This document shows, piece after piece, positions 1-15,280 of a DNA stretch of 64,000 nucleotides; the first letter of the stretch is position 1; each line of letters opens with the position of its first letter. The notes under the pieces are model-generated. The model was not told where the DNA came from and made no database searches. It worked only from the letters and a program-made list of their open reading frames with translations. This DNA comes from Psilocybe cubensis (taxonomy: Eukaryota), in NCBI GenBank assembly GCA_017499595.2, contig CM039006.1, forward strand, positions 2,914,001 through 2,978,000, read 5' to 3'. A program made the position numbers and the translations under genes.

Positions 1-785
1 TGAATAATTGACGTAAAATACAAAAACCGTGATGAGATCAATTGCCGTTCGGCCGGGTTCTCGCTCCATTGTTTACATGTCAGCAGTACTTTATAGGCTG
101 CAGCCAAGGCAACAAAGATTTGGCTTACATTCCCTTTACCCTGCCGTGTTGAATCATTAAATAGGTGCTACTCGCAAAGAACGTTAGTCGCATTCCCATC
201 CGTAATAGGGCACAATCTCCACCAGTAAGAGCCCGGGACTATTAACTTTAAGCGGAAATCGAAGTTGGAGCCGAACGTTCTTTCAAATTGTCAATCAATT
301 TCATCCTCCGCCAGACTCCCCCAAACATTTGAAACCGAGATTCTGCAATTAAGACTTATCAATTTGAGTCCAATTCTTGTCCGCGGAATCCTATGATGTT
401 ATTGAATGTAGCTATAAAATATTGACCGACCCATTTGATCAATACGTGTCTGGTTTAGAAGAGCTGGTTTGTGGGATGAGCGCGAGCACCTGGTCGTGGA
501 GCTTGTGAGCAGTAGGCCGTGTTGTGCCGTGTGCCGCGTTTTATTTTTAGACTGCGTGAATAATTCTGTCAGCATTGATGTTTGATTTCCCACCAATGAT
601 GCCATCAACAAGATAATTCCTTCGCTGCCAATACGTTGCCAGACAGACTCTGATGCAGTAACCTGAATTGGCCAACTATTAAGATAGTGGCAGTTCATTG
701 GAAAATAAATAAGTAAGATACTATGTGATATATTGATTGAAAGATGAATTAGTGCTGTTAACACCATCCTGAGTAGTATGTACAT

Positions 786-1193
786 CTACGCCGCTGCGGC
801 CAAATATTGGAAAATGGGATTGGTATCCAGGTACTCGCGAACATCTATAATCTTCCCATCCTTCAAGGTAAATTTGGTCAGAATTTCATTTTCGTAGTGT
901 TGTCCCTCCGCAGGCCCGTCGGCTTTGGCGAGGTATTCTACGACAACATCCTGCTCACTCGCAGTGATGCTTCGAACATCGTAGGAGATGGCGTTAGCTT
1001 TTCCAAAAGCCTCCTTCAAGTATGGGACTCGATTAACAAGGAGGTGGGTCCCGAAGAAGGGTAGCTTCTCTTGTGGCCCTGATATCCACCATGTTGCGTC
1101 GGGAGATGAGATGGCGAGAAAGTCGTCATAATTACGGTTCTGAAATATGCTGATAAACTGAGAGACAATACGACGATTCTCTTCGGCGGACAT
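786..1193 (-). CDS. SnoaL-like / ketosteroid-isomerase-like (NTF2 fold) protein, 135 aa, intronless
   Basis: Clean ORF from ATG at 1193 (MSAEENRRIVSQFISIF...SPDATWWISGP...YENEILTKFTLKDGKIIDVREYLDT); the 'DATW' and 'DGKI..VREYLD' pattern is typical of SnoaL-like proteins. Confidence 0.85.
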   Translation of the reverse strand: MSAEENRRIVSQFISIFQNRNYDDFLAISSPDATWWISGPQEKLPFFGTHLLVNRVPYLKEAFGKANAISYDVRSITASEQDVVVEYLAKADGPAEGQHYENEILTKFTLKDGKIIDVREYLDTNPIFQYLAAAA

Positions 1194-4100
1194 TGTAAGA
1201 GAATGAAACAATACTGAAACGGAGATTGTGGGCTAAAATTAATGTAAATGTCAATAATGGTTTGGTTAGAAAACGAATCATAATCCTACTAGGTTTATGT
1301 GATGCGACAGATGACTGGGGAGGCTGATGCTTTTGCTGAGCTATTTATCAGTTTCTGTATTGTCTACTGAGAATAGGTCCACAGTTTCTGCTCCGCTGAT
1401 TGCTGAATCAGGTCTACACCGCGCACTTCTATCCTTCTCTGCGTTAGAACTTTACTAAAAGCGCCTATACAAAACCGACAAAATGAAAGTGGTGATTGGT
1501 GCACAGACTGGCGGTGAGACTCTTTTGTCGTTATTTGGTGCTGCTGCGCCGCGAGAGCCAACAATTTACTCTCGTGTGTTATAGCGATGTATATCACTAA
1601 TTCAAAAATCAAAACGCTGACTTTGAGCGAGCACTGTCATGGCGCGAATATGGATTCCCGATATATACTAGCAGCAGCAAAGTCATTTAATTGCACAATG
1701 CAAACTATTGATTGGAATGCGATGGTATCCACATTTTCGATATCTTCGCTCAGCATTACGTCGACAGTGCTCTTTTAATCCTGGTAACCTACATCAGAGT
1801 GACTTCGCGTCTTAAATTTGGAGTCCTCCTGTAAAACGCATCTCGAAGCTTCGCCATTTAAAGTGCAAACATTCCCATACATTCCCATATCAGTCTGCTT
1901 GTGGCGTACCGAGTTCGTCACACCTGTCGGCAATTATTGGTCACGGAATGTGATAGCCAGATTCTTGTCAACCTAGCTCTTTTGAGGAGGAGATACATGC
2001 TTAATAAGTAGCCGAGCTCTTCTACCAAGCCAAATAAGTGTCATAGTTATCGAGGCCGAGATAACCTTGTTACATTTACAATACAACCTTTGGACCGTGG
2101 GAGGTGAGGACGCAAGCCCTGATGGTCAGAATTTACGAGTATATATTCGAAAAATAGCTTGATAGAAGAAATATAAATCATCAGTTTGAGCATCAGAAAA
2201 GCCAGAGTTGGGACTTATCAATTAGTGAATCTTTTAAGTGTTAAATGAACAGTTGGCCAATGTTTCCTCCGTTGCAAGCAAGGTAAGGGAAAGGACATCG
2301 TGCCGCGGACTCACACCTCTGTGGAATAAGACACAAGCGAATAATGCAGCCATCGCATATCAAATCACGCTCAGATATGATAAAATCAGCAGTGACTCGC
2401 TGAATCTAAGAAAATTACTCGTGTTAAGATAAACTTTGACCCTGGTGCAAGGGGTTTTCACTCAGTTATTTCCAATGCATGCCTGCTTAGAGAGATTCAT
2501 ACAGTAAGAGCTGCACCATCTCTCTCGCGATAGTCAACCTTCAGCTCATTTACTATCGGGAATTTGCCAATTTGACCATTCGCAGTTCATGTCGAAATTC
2601 AGTGCAAGTACGAGAGCTCTGCCCGCAAGCGCTGTGCATCTTGACATTGTCAGAATGTATCATCACTACCCTTACTATGACTCATCGCACAAAGCATTCC
2701 AACAATCGGAGTTGCACATGGGCAGCATGGCCACCGCTCTCCGTACCACCTTCGCTGGCGCACAATATCACGGATGGTTAGGTAAACATCAAGACTGCAG
2801 ATCTCATGCCATATTGAACATCGCATAGAGCTGTTAACTCCGTAACCTACAACTCTGCAAAAGCACTAAAGGTGCCACATTGTTGTAAATCACTCTCTGT
2901 CGAGATCCCACATACCGAGCTTTGATTATCTCGACAACCATATTTCAATTTACAAGAAACTATTTTGCCGTAGGGCATTCCTTGCCTATACAGACGCTCA
3001 AGAATGAGCGATTATTAAAAACCTCAAGACTTTCTTACACTCAAATTTATGGTCTCGGCGCCAAAGGGCTAGCTAGAAATAAGGTCGCGATATTCACGGA
3101 GTTTTGTTATACCTTTGCCGATTTCTCCTGCCTGGAAAGGTCTGCTTTTTCTCACCCAAGCCTCTAACCCAGGCTACAACGGTGCTCACCAATCGACCAT
3201 GAACAAAATCGAATGACAAACCACATTCAACAACGGCAAAAACCCTGCACCGCTGCTCAGGATAGAGCTTTAGAAATACATTCCACTATCCCTACAACCT
3301 TGCGCAACCCGAAGGAATATGATGTTGCTCTTCATGCTCCCTCGGGCATGATAATTGTAGCATCTGATCTTCAGCTTGGTATGAGTAAAATTACCCACCT
3401 AGCCTCCTTATCGATGCGGGTGCATTGGTCAAGCGCAAAATGATGCCTTTCTTTTGCATTTTCCCTGGGAACATCATATCGAGGAAACCTGTTATAATTA
3501 CCATCCCCGTTGAAAGGCATATCAGGGACCAGGTGTCAGTGCGCCAGGAACACTAAACCCCATCAATTCACCAGATCAATGACGTTAGTTAGTTACGTAG
3601 TAATGGGTTCGTTCCCAACTTGGTGAACGAAAAGGCCGCGCAAATCCTAGGAGTATGCATCTTATCAGGATTACGCGGCATAAAATAACTCTCGTCGTAA
3701 CGGATATGTTGCTTTCTCACCCCGGCAAGTACCTAAATTACTGCGCTTTTTACCAGCACTCTTCAACGGGACGTTTGACACTCCCCTTCGCTCATCATTT
3801 AGGCTACAGATCAATAGCTTCAGAGGCTACGCCTTGTATCAATAATGGTACTTGCAGCCAGGAATTGGGTAATTGCTCAATTGACCTAGTGAGAATCCTA
3901 GCAGGCACTCTCACCCGACAGATTAAAAATTTCCAGACCTGTTGGGCAATTGGACGTCACAATTTCTAGCATTGTGAAATTGTCTAGGAGGTAAGTACTT
4001 GCGAATCAACGACCAACTGTTATGGGAAATTTTTATCACATAGCAGGTAAGCGGCGTATGACCTCTGGTGGCAGAGGATATTGTGAAGTTTTGGTCCTAG

Positions 4101-5171
4101 CTTTCATAAACGGCGCGGAACTCAGTATGATTTAGGTAGAAGAAAAAGGAGATAAGAATAAAATACAAAAAAAATATCCTTCAGGCCCACGTCGAATCAA
4201 TTAGACCTCGTTTCTTCGGCTAGTTCGGTTCAAGCGTACTATCCGCCCAGCCGTTCGTCTGCACCCGTTTCTACCCAGTTCCAAAGTACTCACTGAAGGT
4301 GATCCAGGTTGTTGTAAACAGGTAACTACAGATAGGTTAACGAACGTTTGAACGTCGAAAGGGCAGGCTTACGTCCCTTTCTGGTATTTTTTGTTTTATT
4401 TTGTGATACGTGTACGAGCATATTCACAGAGATGAATTCCTCTAAAGCTAGTCTTTAATTTTGTGGAAGCCCGTTACATTTTCTATCTGATTGGAAACCC
4501 TTGTGGGGCTTCCAGAATCACAGCACAAGTCTACATTGGTAAAAGCTCTTGGCAGCGAGTCTCTAGTCACCGCCGTGAAACACAGAAACGCAAGGCGACT
4601 CCCCAAAAATTGCAACCCTAGGGACGTCGCATGGATGAATTTTCTTCATTACATATTTCAAGCTGTTGAAAATCTGAATATCAGGCATCAGAACTTTACT
4701 GCAGACAACCCGTTGTACTTTGTGACACAACTGGATAGTGGCTATATGCTTGTGTGCCAGTGGGATGCATCCAATACAAGAGCAATGAATAGACGGCGCT
4801 GAGTAGAACATTGTTAGGCTGCGTGGCCTTAGCTTTTACTCGAACCACAGACGATACAATCGGACCAGATGTTTCCCAGCGGATGTTCTTGGAGCACGCT
4901 TCCGAATAACGTGCGAAGAAGCGAATGTACGGTGCTCCCACCTCGTGATTAACGCGACGCGACGTGCCCCTCAATGCGATCACGTTCCGATATTCTCACA
5001 ATCCAGACCGGTCCAGACCTAGCCTTTTGAAAATGCTTTGATGTCCGATCAAAAAAAGACGAAATAGTACACCTCAAGTTGACCTCAAGCAATGCGAACA
5101 CCTTCAACAGGTGTCACAATGTTACCTTAGTGAATGTCCCCAAGTTCTGCGATACTTTCCAACCTATGGTC

Positions 5172-6868
5172 CTAGCTTTGTCTCGGTAGTGATCCTCGGT
5201 ATACCGGTGTGCGGTCAGAGGTGGCGACATCGCGGAGATGGAAGAGAATTCGACTTGCAAATACCGATGACATCGCAATGGAGAATCCAATAGGGGCTTC
5301 AACAAGACCAATCTGTATCAAGGTTTGTCGGGACTCTACATAATGTTGCCAAATGCCGAATACACTCACAGGTGCATGTGCCCACCACGTCATGCAGAAG
5401 ATGTACGTAGCCGATATGCTAATGAAGGTATGTTGAGGTTAGAAGCACATCTGGTGGGCTTAGAGTGGAGGAATGTACGTACATGAGGAAGTAGAAGACA
5501 GAATCCCGAATTAATACCTGCACCAAGCTCTGACTTCGCGCCATAAATGATCCTGTAGCTCGAAACGTCTTGAAGCTGATATACAGCGCCATTGCGCACA
5601 GAAGAATCTCGTATGAAAGCGCTGGAATCCAGAATCTAAAAAACCTATGGTTTGCGGTCCGAGGGACACAGAAGGTCCCTCCAGGAATTTGAACTGCGCT
5701 TGCTACAAATTTAAGTATCAGAAGATATCCTACAGCTGATATAGGATTCTTCAACTTACTTGGAGGGATATCGGTGGCAATAATCCATGCTCCAATGGAC
5801 GAAGTCAATGTGAATAGAACGGCCATCACGGCAAGGACTACTTTGTTCAGTGAATAAAGCGCGTATATTCGCATTTGCAGAATTACTAGAGTAGTATCTT
5901 TCAGCCTTGAAGAGGAATAGGTATTTTCCAGCTTACTTTGGGTTATCATTACACCTAATAAACCACTCCAAAACTCCCATACGTTGAATCTCCTGCCTGC
6001 AAATTCGTCAGGTTTGCGGTTTGTCCTCGAGAAGATCATCCCTACAACTATTTAGAGGTCAATAAAGCGACATTGATATAAGGAAGATAAACAATCTTAC
6101 AACTAGACAATATAATAGAATTCTTGCAAAAATGTCTTTCATGTTACTAGCAAACTCACTTCATCCGATAGGGTCAAAGTAAAAAATCCTGACAATTTTT
6201 ATTAGTGCTTCCTCAGATCTGCCAATTGAGAACACCCCTACCGTACAACCCAAGACTGTGAAAACATTAATCATCATCCAATACAAAAGTTGGAGTCTGG
6301 TGACAACAAACACGTACATGAATGTCGCCAGGGTATAGTATCGATTCTACAACCAGCTAAGTAAGACAATTGCAAGCATATTATCAGAAACGCACCACAA
6401 GATATACAATTTTGGCAAAACTCCATCTCGCTCCCTGTGAACCATCCGTCAAGCCACACACATTAAAATGGACCATCTTTTCCCTACCCAAATCTGATCG
6501 ACCTGTGGCGGTAATACGAAGGTGTGCCTCGTGTTATTGGAATTGCAGAACAATCTCTCTAAATGACTTACCTCCCTATCAAACGTGATCACTGGGTTGA
6601 TAAATAGTAGTCAAATTTAAGATGCTTAGCACCATTGGTCCACTCACAAAATTCGTAAAAGAATATAGAGTTGGCAGCCACTGGACGGTATGAGTTTGAG
6701 ACGACTTGGATTAGAATCTTCCGGTGGCGGGACATAACAAGCAGGAAGAAACGCACGTCGTGTGTACTGCAGGATCTTTATATCCCGCACAAGTTCCACA
6801 ACAAACTCCGTTGATTCTTGATTTATCGTGACTACATCAAATCCTGGAGTCGTTGCAACTGTTAACAT
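5172..6868 (-). CDS. 7TM GPCR-like membrane protein, DUF6533 family, copy 1 (about 15 exons)
   Basis: Spliced by hand: MLTVATTPGF...IKILQYTR / AANSIFFYEF / ITFDRE / VDQIW / GARWSFAKIVYLV / NRYYTLATF / FCRRFNVWE / ILQMRIYALY / GTFC..FWIPALSYEILLC..LIRDSVFYF / PIGFSIAMSSVFASRILFHLR, stop at 5172. Confidence 0.88.
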
Positions 6869-8509
6869 CGTATGGGCGTGAAAGGATTGGGTGGGGTGAG
6901 AAGGCGTAGACCGGGGCGCCACCCTTGTAGTGACACGCTATATATAATACAACGTCCTCGATAATTCGGTTCTCGGAAGCCAAATGAAGCACTCTTACGA
7001 TAAGAAGCCAAATTTTATGTAGGAGTAAGCGATCTGATCGTTGACACATCCACCGTGTCGTAAAAATTGACTCCGGACAAGTCACGAAATTCTAGCACAA
7101 CGAGTTGTGAAGTCACCTTCCTTGAAAAAAGAATGAATCTTTTCGGCCAGCGTTCTTGCGAAAGAAAAGTTGCTCCAAGGATGCTGCCCAAGACTAGTAT
7201 TAGTGCATCAGTCACTTAAGCTCATGCCAATGTTTATGCTATCCCCGATGTCTATTGCCTGGAGGAATCGTAAAATTTAAGGCCCAGCCTTGGTTTAAGC
7301 ATTCCAGATCTTCAAATATCTATGATAGATCCTCAGAATCAAGGCTCAGAGTACTATCCATCTCTGACTCGCAGAACTGCTAGAACACGAGTGATCCACG
7401 CCGATGGAGCCAGTGGAGTAATATATAAAGGGATGCGCCTATGGTTCCCCAAGCATATGGCGTTCCAACAGAAGGTAGCAGGGGCCAACCTACACAATGT
7501 CTTTGGGCATGTCATTACCCTGAGCATTATGTATTAAACCAGGTTGCAAGCTGAATGTACTCAGCCTGTATGGTACTTCAAGCAATTTCACGACGAAGAT
7601 TTGACTATAAATATATCTTCGAGGACAGGAGATGTCGTTCGGTAAACATAGCATGTGAGTTTGTCTGTATCAAAATAGGTAATGTCCAAGCGATGCCAAC
7701 GGCCCAACGCAATCGTCGAGCCACGAAAGAAACTTGGTGGAACAGGCGGAAATAGAAGCTATGCAATGTGTAGCGGATGTTATAACCGAAGTGGTGTCAA
7801 GTCGGACTCAATGGCACCTTGCCGAGGTAGCGCTCATACTGATCGGTTCTCGGTAATTTTATGAAATCCAGTCGTTGGCGCTTGAGCGCTAATTGTTACT
7901 GGAAGTGCTGTCACCTGTGTTCATGGGCCTAGTGAAAGCCTCAAGGCTCTGGCTAATGACATACCATATCATATGAAAACAAATCGGAGTCAAGGTACAT
8001 GCGACAGACTACTTTTTTGAATCCATTGAAGGCGTGATAACTTAGGCCTGTTAGCTATACAATTTGGAGGTTATGACCAAGTTACGACAGGAATGGCTTC
8101 TACGACTTCCAGAATCCGACATAGTCGGATCATCTATTGTGATTTGTATGCGGTGAATTTTATATGGCGTTCGACAGGCCTCTTTAGCTCATGTATAATT
8201 ACATAAAATAAAAAGTAAAATAGAGAATGTTCCACTTGTATTCTAAGTGTAGACGCTTCGGCCAAGCACGCTCCACTTGATTTATTTATTGTTATTACAT
8301 AATACAGTCGGTATCGATTAGGGGTTAAATCACCTCGTTGTGGTTTTCAATGATCCCGAGGAGCCGTTGGTTCGATTCCAGCTACCGACATCTATCTCTT
8401 TTGCAAAAAGAATTTATATTTTAATCCACTAGGGATCATTTTGTTGACCATTACCAATGCATACAGTGCGATAAAATACATTCAAGTTTAACACATACAG
8501 TATACAGTG

Positions 8510-10170
8510 TTACCAGGCGCTATTCGTGCTCCTCCAAATCCGTGGACTGTCAGTATCTTTGAGCGCGGCTGCTCGTAGGTTAATCAGAATACGGTTGGCT
8601 AATACTGATGAAATGGCCGTCGCAAAGGGAATTGGCGCATCCAGGTATATCTGAAATACTAGCATAAATATCCAGCACCCCAAAGAGGTAAGTAAAAAAC
8701 ATAGAGAAGTGCTTACCGATGAATATCTCCACCATACCAAGCACGTTAAATATGTGGCTGCAATACTTCGTATCAATCAAAATTAGCAGTCTGAGCGCAA
8801 TGCTGATGTTGATGAGAACTTACGCAAAGAAGTAGAAAACCGAGTCGCGAATCATGATCGACATGATCGATTGTTTTCGTGTGGGACTTATCATAGAGAT
8901 AGGAGAAAGGCGTTCCCTGATCGCAATGTTAAGTCCCAGACCACATAGTAGAGCCTCAAATAGCAGCGGAGGGATCCAAAATCTGTAAAACTCATGCGGA
9001 GTGTGAAGGTTCGGAGCACAGTATATACCCCCTCCGATATTGACTATGCTCACTGAGACATACGGGGGTTAGTTCATGAATTATTTTGTGATGCACTGGC
9101 AAAGAACACCTACCTCGCGGTACATTCGTAGCCAAAAGCCATATATCCACTGATGCACAGACCAGAAACAGGAAGATCAAAATGCCAAGAAGCCTTCTAT
9201 TTGACATGTACAGCGCGTAAACACGCATTATGAGAATCGCTGCGTAGCGTCAGTAAACAGTTTGACTTGAACGTTGAATAACATTTACTCTGTGTGATCA
9301 TGGGGATCAACCATGTGACTAGCCATTGCCATAAACCAAATTGCTTGCCTATCGTGGGGTTAGAAACTGGCAGGTAATTTGACTGGATCAAGAAACCCAC
9401 AACTGTAACGGTGAAAAGAGCCTTAGGGTTTATCAGTGTCGATGAACATGTACGAAACCTACAACTAAAACGTCTTATCAAGCTCGAAAATCTCGAAAGA
9501 GAGGAGGGATTGCTTACTGATTCGGTGACGTTCGGGACAAACGTCGCTGCAAATAATCAAGAACACATCGAATCATTGGGAATATCCCTCTTACCATATG
9601 CTTCTAATCTATCCGATCAGCAGAAAGACTTTAGCACTACCTAAAAATATGTTGTGCAACCTAATCTCACAATGCGGTAGCTATGATATAATATCGATTC
9701 TGAAATGCAAAGGATTGTGAGCGAGTCAGTGTGGCTGCATTATATTTGAAACATACTGCAAAGAAGATGATCTTAGGGAATGTTAAACCTCCAGGCTTTG
9801 AGTTTACGTTAGAGCGATACATCGTCAAGGAGAAGTGGATATTATACCCAGAAAAGTTCGACCTAGGGGCGCCTGTCAGACAAAGACGGTTTCAATCATG
9901 TCAAATTGTAGTCACCTCCCCATCAAATGTGATTGCTGGATTGTAGGTCAGATTATGACTCCATAGAGGGCGGCTGAAAGGATACCATATTCAAACAAAT
10001 TCAAAGCAACCGGGCCAACTAAACCGTGACGGTGTTAGGGCGTGCCACCATATGCAAATAATTGACCAGTTTCGCCTACTTTTGGTGTAGTGCATAGTAA
10101 GAATGGCCTTCATTACCTCGGCAGGAGGATCAGGGGCATGGCGAGCCAGGTTCAGTGCATTATAGGCCAT
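8510..10170 (-). CDS. 7TM GPCR-like membrane protein, DUF6533 family, copy 2
   Basis: MAYNALNLARHAPDPPAEVMKAILTMHYTK / GPVALNLFEY / ITFDGE / VELFW / PGGLTFPKIIFFA / NRYYIIATAL / FCKQFGLWQ / MRVYALY / GIYC..FWIPPLLFEALLC..MIRDSVFYF / DAPIPFATAISSVLANRILINLR; TATATAA about 75 nt upstream. Confidence 0.87.
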
Positions 10171-13100
10171 TGTGCGGAACGGAAACCAAGTGGCTCTGTC
10201 GGGTTGAAGGCAAGGAACGCGAGGTCGGACAGAAGATACGTCTTATATATCCACAAACCCGCTCTCACCGTTAGTCGATGATTGAATGCTATTATTGATC
10301 CAATTGGACATCAAATATAGCCCTAACCACTACGCACCAGTTGCTTCTGTTTCTGTTTTCGCTGGAGCAAAGCTCGTCTGAAAATAGCTTGCCGTTGAGA
10401 TCGCGGTGAAATCATTTGCACTGGACTTGTTTGCCGCATGGAGCCTAAATTCGTACAGGCACAACACTGCATCTGCCCAGTAACGTCTCCAGCGAAGATT
10501 CATATATTAGTTTTCCTGCCTCGGATTCGATGGTTTCATCGGTTTGCTCTTGTCTAAGAGATAACCACCTAATGAAGGCCAAAAGATGTAAGTAACTGAG
10601 TGGAAAGAAAACGTTACAACCTATGACCACGAGTAAATCAAAGTAGTAACATGCAACCTCTGAGAGAGAAATCAGAAAAACGTCTTGCAATTGCGTTGCT
10701 GCCTCCCTTGAAAACGGTATATCAATCGCTGACAGCTGAGGCAAGTGGAGAACCAGCCGCCCAGAAAGAGGAGTAACACGAACGATAACGAATAGAATTA
10801 GAAATATGGTTCGTAGAGATATGACGATTACTTTGGGACTTTTCTCTGTGCCTCATGCTGAAGTCATCATATTGGCGGCCGTGGATGCACATACATAGGC
10901 TATACTTGGTCCATAAGGAATGTGATAGGACTGAAATTGACATACAGTTCTTTTTACTTTGACTCTTGCAAGACTAATTCTTGGGATAGTCACTTTCCAA
11001 AGCAATTCCGCTCTCGGTACATCCCCCCCCTCTGCAAAATGCCCAGCGTGGCTTGTGTTAAGCGAACATGATATCGACGGTCGACCCTTTGGTAGATTGG
11101 AGTTGGGAAGTTTAGGAAGAATTGAGACGCTCAAGATTATTTTGAGTTGCTGATAAGTTTAGACGGCAGTTTCAGAGACGACGACGAAAATCCAAGTGAT
11201 TGAAGTTGACAATCATGAGACAATGATGGTGGTTAAAATTCGAAACGGAATACTTCGGGTGTGTTACACACACAGGGTATTGCCAAATAAATGACACATT
11301 TCCTTACGTAAAGCATCTCGCATAAGAAGTTGGTTAGAATAGGAGTCATAGCCTGAGTCAAAAACTGCGGTGCATACTAAGTCGATCAGTCAAACTTTCA
11401 AAGTAAAGTGGATGTTTTGGAGGACGATTCCACAGTACTAATTTTTTGAAAAATATACAGTCCTGACCATGGAGGCCAGATCAAAGATGGGAGGGACGAG
11501 GAAGCCGCCAAACTCACATTCCGTAAAGTATTGAAGGTTTTTAACTTTTCTAACCCATTCTTCGGTCTCATGAAAACCGGTCGCCTATTACATTTACGAA
11601 AGGCAATCATTCTCCCAGGAATGTTCAGCGAGAGCTATTTGGTAACATTTCCTCCAGAAAAAGGAGGTTAGGAAAGCAATAAATACAGGATATTGAATAT
11701 TCCAAAGAACCATAAATTTCTTGAAAACGATATGTTTTGTTGGAACATCTTCTTTGCACATCGCAACTCACGGCCATTCCACTGCAATGGTACAATACAG
11801 GCTAAGACAGTATTCTGATGGATAATCATGTTGCGAATGAAAATAACATTTCCACATCGTCAGATTTTAATGACACTAATACAATCCAGGTCTATTTCTA
11901 ACCTTGTCTCTCATGAAGTCACTTTTGTACCAGTAGCGCAAATGCACAGGAAAAGGTATTTCATCTTCATAATTTGGAAAGTTTCAAGTCGAGCCGTCTG
12001 TAAAATATGTGTGCAAACACAAACACAATTGCCTATGCGTCGAAGCCCAGTCGTCCGTTCATAACCGTAGAGCCGCTACCAAGGGTTCTGCATAACAAGC
12101 TCAGGCCCTGGGATAGGAACCGGCGCAGCGCGAAGAAGCCAATTGCATATATATAGCATGTGACCTTGATGGGACGTGTGAATGAGTTATCGTTGACGCC
12201 GTCGTCGATATCGGCGGACTTGCGCAGCGCGTGCAGTGCAATAATGCAGAAGGTTGGCATCGAAGCGAGCCACTATCGCACTTGCACGCGATCACGTCAA
12301 CTCGTGTACGCTGTAGCTGAGTCGGCCCTTGCTGTGCAGTGATGGTACCGTACAATAATAGCTACGGTCTGCTACGGTATCCCTTGTTCCATTTAACGAT
12401 TCCACAGTTAAGTTAGAGAGATTATTTTCTTGATCGTCAAGGCTATCACCTGGACATAGATATTAAACAACGGGATTCGAAATCCAATTATTCATCCCGC
12501 TCTGACATATCATTGATTGATTTCGATCCAAATTGAAGAGCTTGGAAAAGCATACATTCTGTGGTGGGCATTTGAGTAGTAAAAAAGGATTAATTGTGTT
12601 AGTTGCTTCAAGTTATAAACGCACAGCGGAAGTTGTATCGATAGCGTACATTGACCACCATACCACGGGCCGGCTTTGGCTATCGAATGAAAATTTCGTC
12701 AGGTCGAATTCCCGAAGCTGCTGCGCGAATGTTGCACACTATTCAACCTTCTCCCTCGACAAAATGGTGAAGGTACATGCCATCGGGCATCGACTGCCGT
12801 TAACTTCAGGATTTGTTGAGTTATAACCATAAAGAGTGTGTAATTGAGAGGCAGGATAGAATATACGGGAGAATATAGCCGCCAGAATGCACGTCGTAAA
12901 TGTCGCCGATACACTGTTTCCAGGTGGGGTGAGAGATGTAAGGTAATGATACCAGGAGACATAGATGGAAAGACGCACATTGAAATATTGATAAAATATT
13001 GAATAAAGAATCACAAATCATGATACCCACAGCGCTCATCCCCTTCCCAGAAATAACCCCATAGGCTCCATCTCCCAAACAGCCGCTGGCAGAACAGGAA

Positions 13101-15280
13101 GGAAAATCAAGTTCTCTAAGACCTTACATAGCGCCTATTTATGGTCAGCACAGTCCAGATGGTACCTCACCAAACAATCGTTCAGTCACTGTAAAAGAAA
13201 TAAATCAAAAGAAGCCCGGAGCGGTCGAACGCACGTACCGGGATATCACTCCATACCATCCATATGCAAGTGCACGAGTAAGACAATGGAAATACGTGCT
13301 GGGTTCTATAGGAACTTTATTATTAGATGAGTACCAAACGTATAGGATTTGCATTTGCAGAATGACTGAGTGGGAAGCGTCAAACGAAGAGCGTGTCCTA
13401 GGAGCAGTACCTTCCAACTCAACTTGGTAATCAAGCGTGGCTATCAACTTCCTCACCCCCTGAGCTGTACTGTTCTGTTTGACCTATAAGAACCAGTTTC
13501 CGTTAGAGATTGGAGTGCCGCGCAGAAATGAATACGAGCACCAAAAGTTTTTGGGCCTATAACGGAACGAAAGGAAACCGAGATCGAAAGTGAGCTGATC
13601 AATTCCTAGCTTCTATCAAGCAGAAAAACGAACTTACCGTATCGATTACTTGCATCGAGAATGATACTGATAGACACCTCTTTTAGACGATGACTGGTCC
13701 GTAAAGTTGACACCAAATTCAGATATTGATTCTGAGAATGCACGTATATGCGATTTAAGCGTGCTTTGTGATGAAAGATATCTAGCAGTACTCACGAGAA
13801 CATAAGTGATCTTTAGAAACGACGATCTAAGCCGCTATAGCGTATGCGCCAGCAATTGAAGGTGGGACAAAACTGATCCATATCAGTTTCACGCATCGTA
13901 AAAATTCAATTTCATAAAGAAACTGCGAATGGGTACCGTCAGAGTGTCGGTGTATGAGTGGATTGACATCGATTTGAAAGACACCTAAACGTGGTGCTTT
14001 ATACTTGCCCAATCGCGTACAAGCTTATTTTGGCAAAGCCGTGATCGATATCAGACGTAATCACTTTATTGCACTCAGCGCGACCATGGCAGTGACGTGC
14101 TCTGCTCTGATACCGTGAAAGCGAAGTTGCCACAGTTTGGTAGACGTGAGGGTGAAGGTGCGCACGCCACCGACATCGAGTCGTTGAAGACATGAATGAC
14201 CGAGTGTATTTCAGAACAGTCGAAAGCCTCTACCAATGACACTTTCCAGCACAATCAACACGCTTTGAGAGTACCATCAGAATTACGGTGGGGATAAATA
14301 GGGGTGAAGGAAGCATATGCTGTATAGAGTGGCCATGTGCAGATCGATATGTTATGCCATGGAGCGAGCCAGAAAGTGTTTCACAGTTCTTCAGAGGAAA
14401 CAATGCGACCCGTCCAATCTAAGAATCAATCAAGTTTGCAAGGCGGGGGTTGAGACCACTCAAGAGAAAAGGGTCCAATGCAAGCGCTGTCATTGATAGC
14501 AAGAAAATGTTCAACCCGTCCCCACCAATGATTTGGGGAAGCGAAATTGTCCATATTCCAACTCAGTGAAACACGATTGGCAATGGGAAAGCAAAGTCTT
14601 TGATACCCAGGGAAGAATGGATCAGAGTTTTGTTACACTTCGTAGGTATCAATCGCGCCACCCAGATGAGGAAGACCGACAAGCCAGAGTAGCCTTTGCG
14701 TTATGCTACCAATCAGAAATCCTCAAAAGTATATAAACTACGTACCTCAAGTTTCCCTTTAATGGCGCCATCATTCTTCCATAGAAACACCATCCATACC
14801 CTCAAGCTATGCTCAGACGTTTATGCTGTTGGATGAAACCCTGAGATGACTGATTGTTTTCGTTATAGTGAGGGCGGGCGCAATCAGAAGTCGGGGTGGT
14901 CATGATGGTTGTCGAAGAAAGACCCTCTGATGTCCGGGTACGGAATCGCTGGCCCGGATATTGCCGTAAGTTATTAAGTTTTCCCACGGATTTGCCACGG
15001 ATGCGTTCAATTCAACTTTCAACGATTTCAGAATCAACTCAGCGCCCATTAAAATGAGAGAAAACATATAAACATCTATGGGCGATTTTTTTGGGAGCGA
15101 ACTCGACCTCGATATCAAACTGGCCTTGAAAAGATTAATCACGTGAGGAGTTACCAAGCACCACGCGTTGCGTAGTTATGTGTTAGGGGTACTTTAGGAT
15201 CTAGTTTGACCAATTTCCTTACAGTTAGATGAAATGTATAGAGTAATAATAAGCAATTTTATGATTCAGACAGTAATTTA

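Noticed and set aside
399-785. 128-aa minus-strand ORF abutting the SnoaL-like gene
   Set aside because: Lies in the expected 3' UTR, has no recognisable motifs and non-coding-like composition
4491-4983. Overlapping ORFs of about 80-100 aa on both strands
   Set aside because: No recognisable domain or consistent splice structure
10445-10744. ORF whose start (PQLSAIDIPFSREAATQLQDVFLISLSE) loosely resembles a receptor first exon
   Set aside because: Copy 2 already has a complete first exon at 10170, and no following YDY/ITxDxE exons were found; at most a relic
11400-14200. Scattered coding-looking fragments (for example NQKKPGAVERTYRDITPYHPY near 13200)
   Set aside because: Could be a decayed gene, but I could not assemble or identify it
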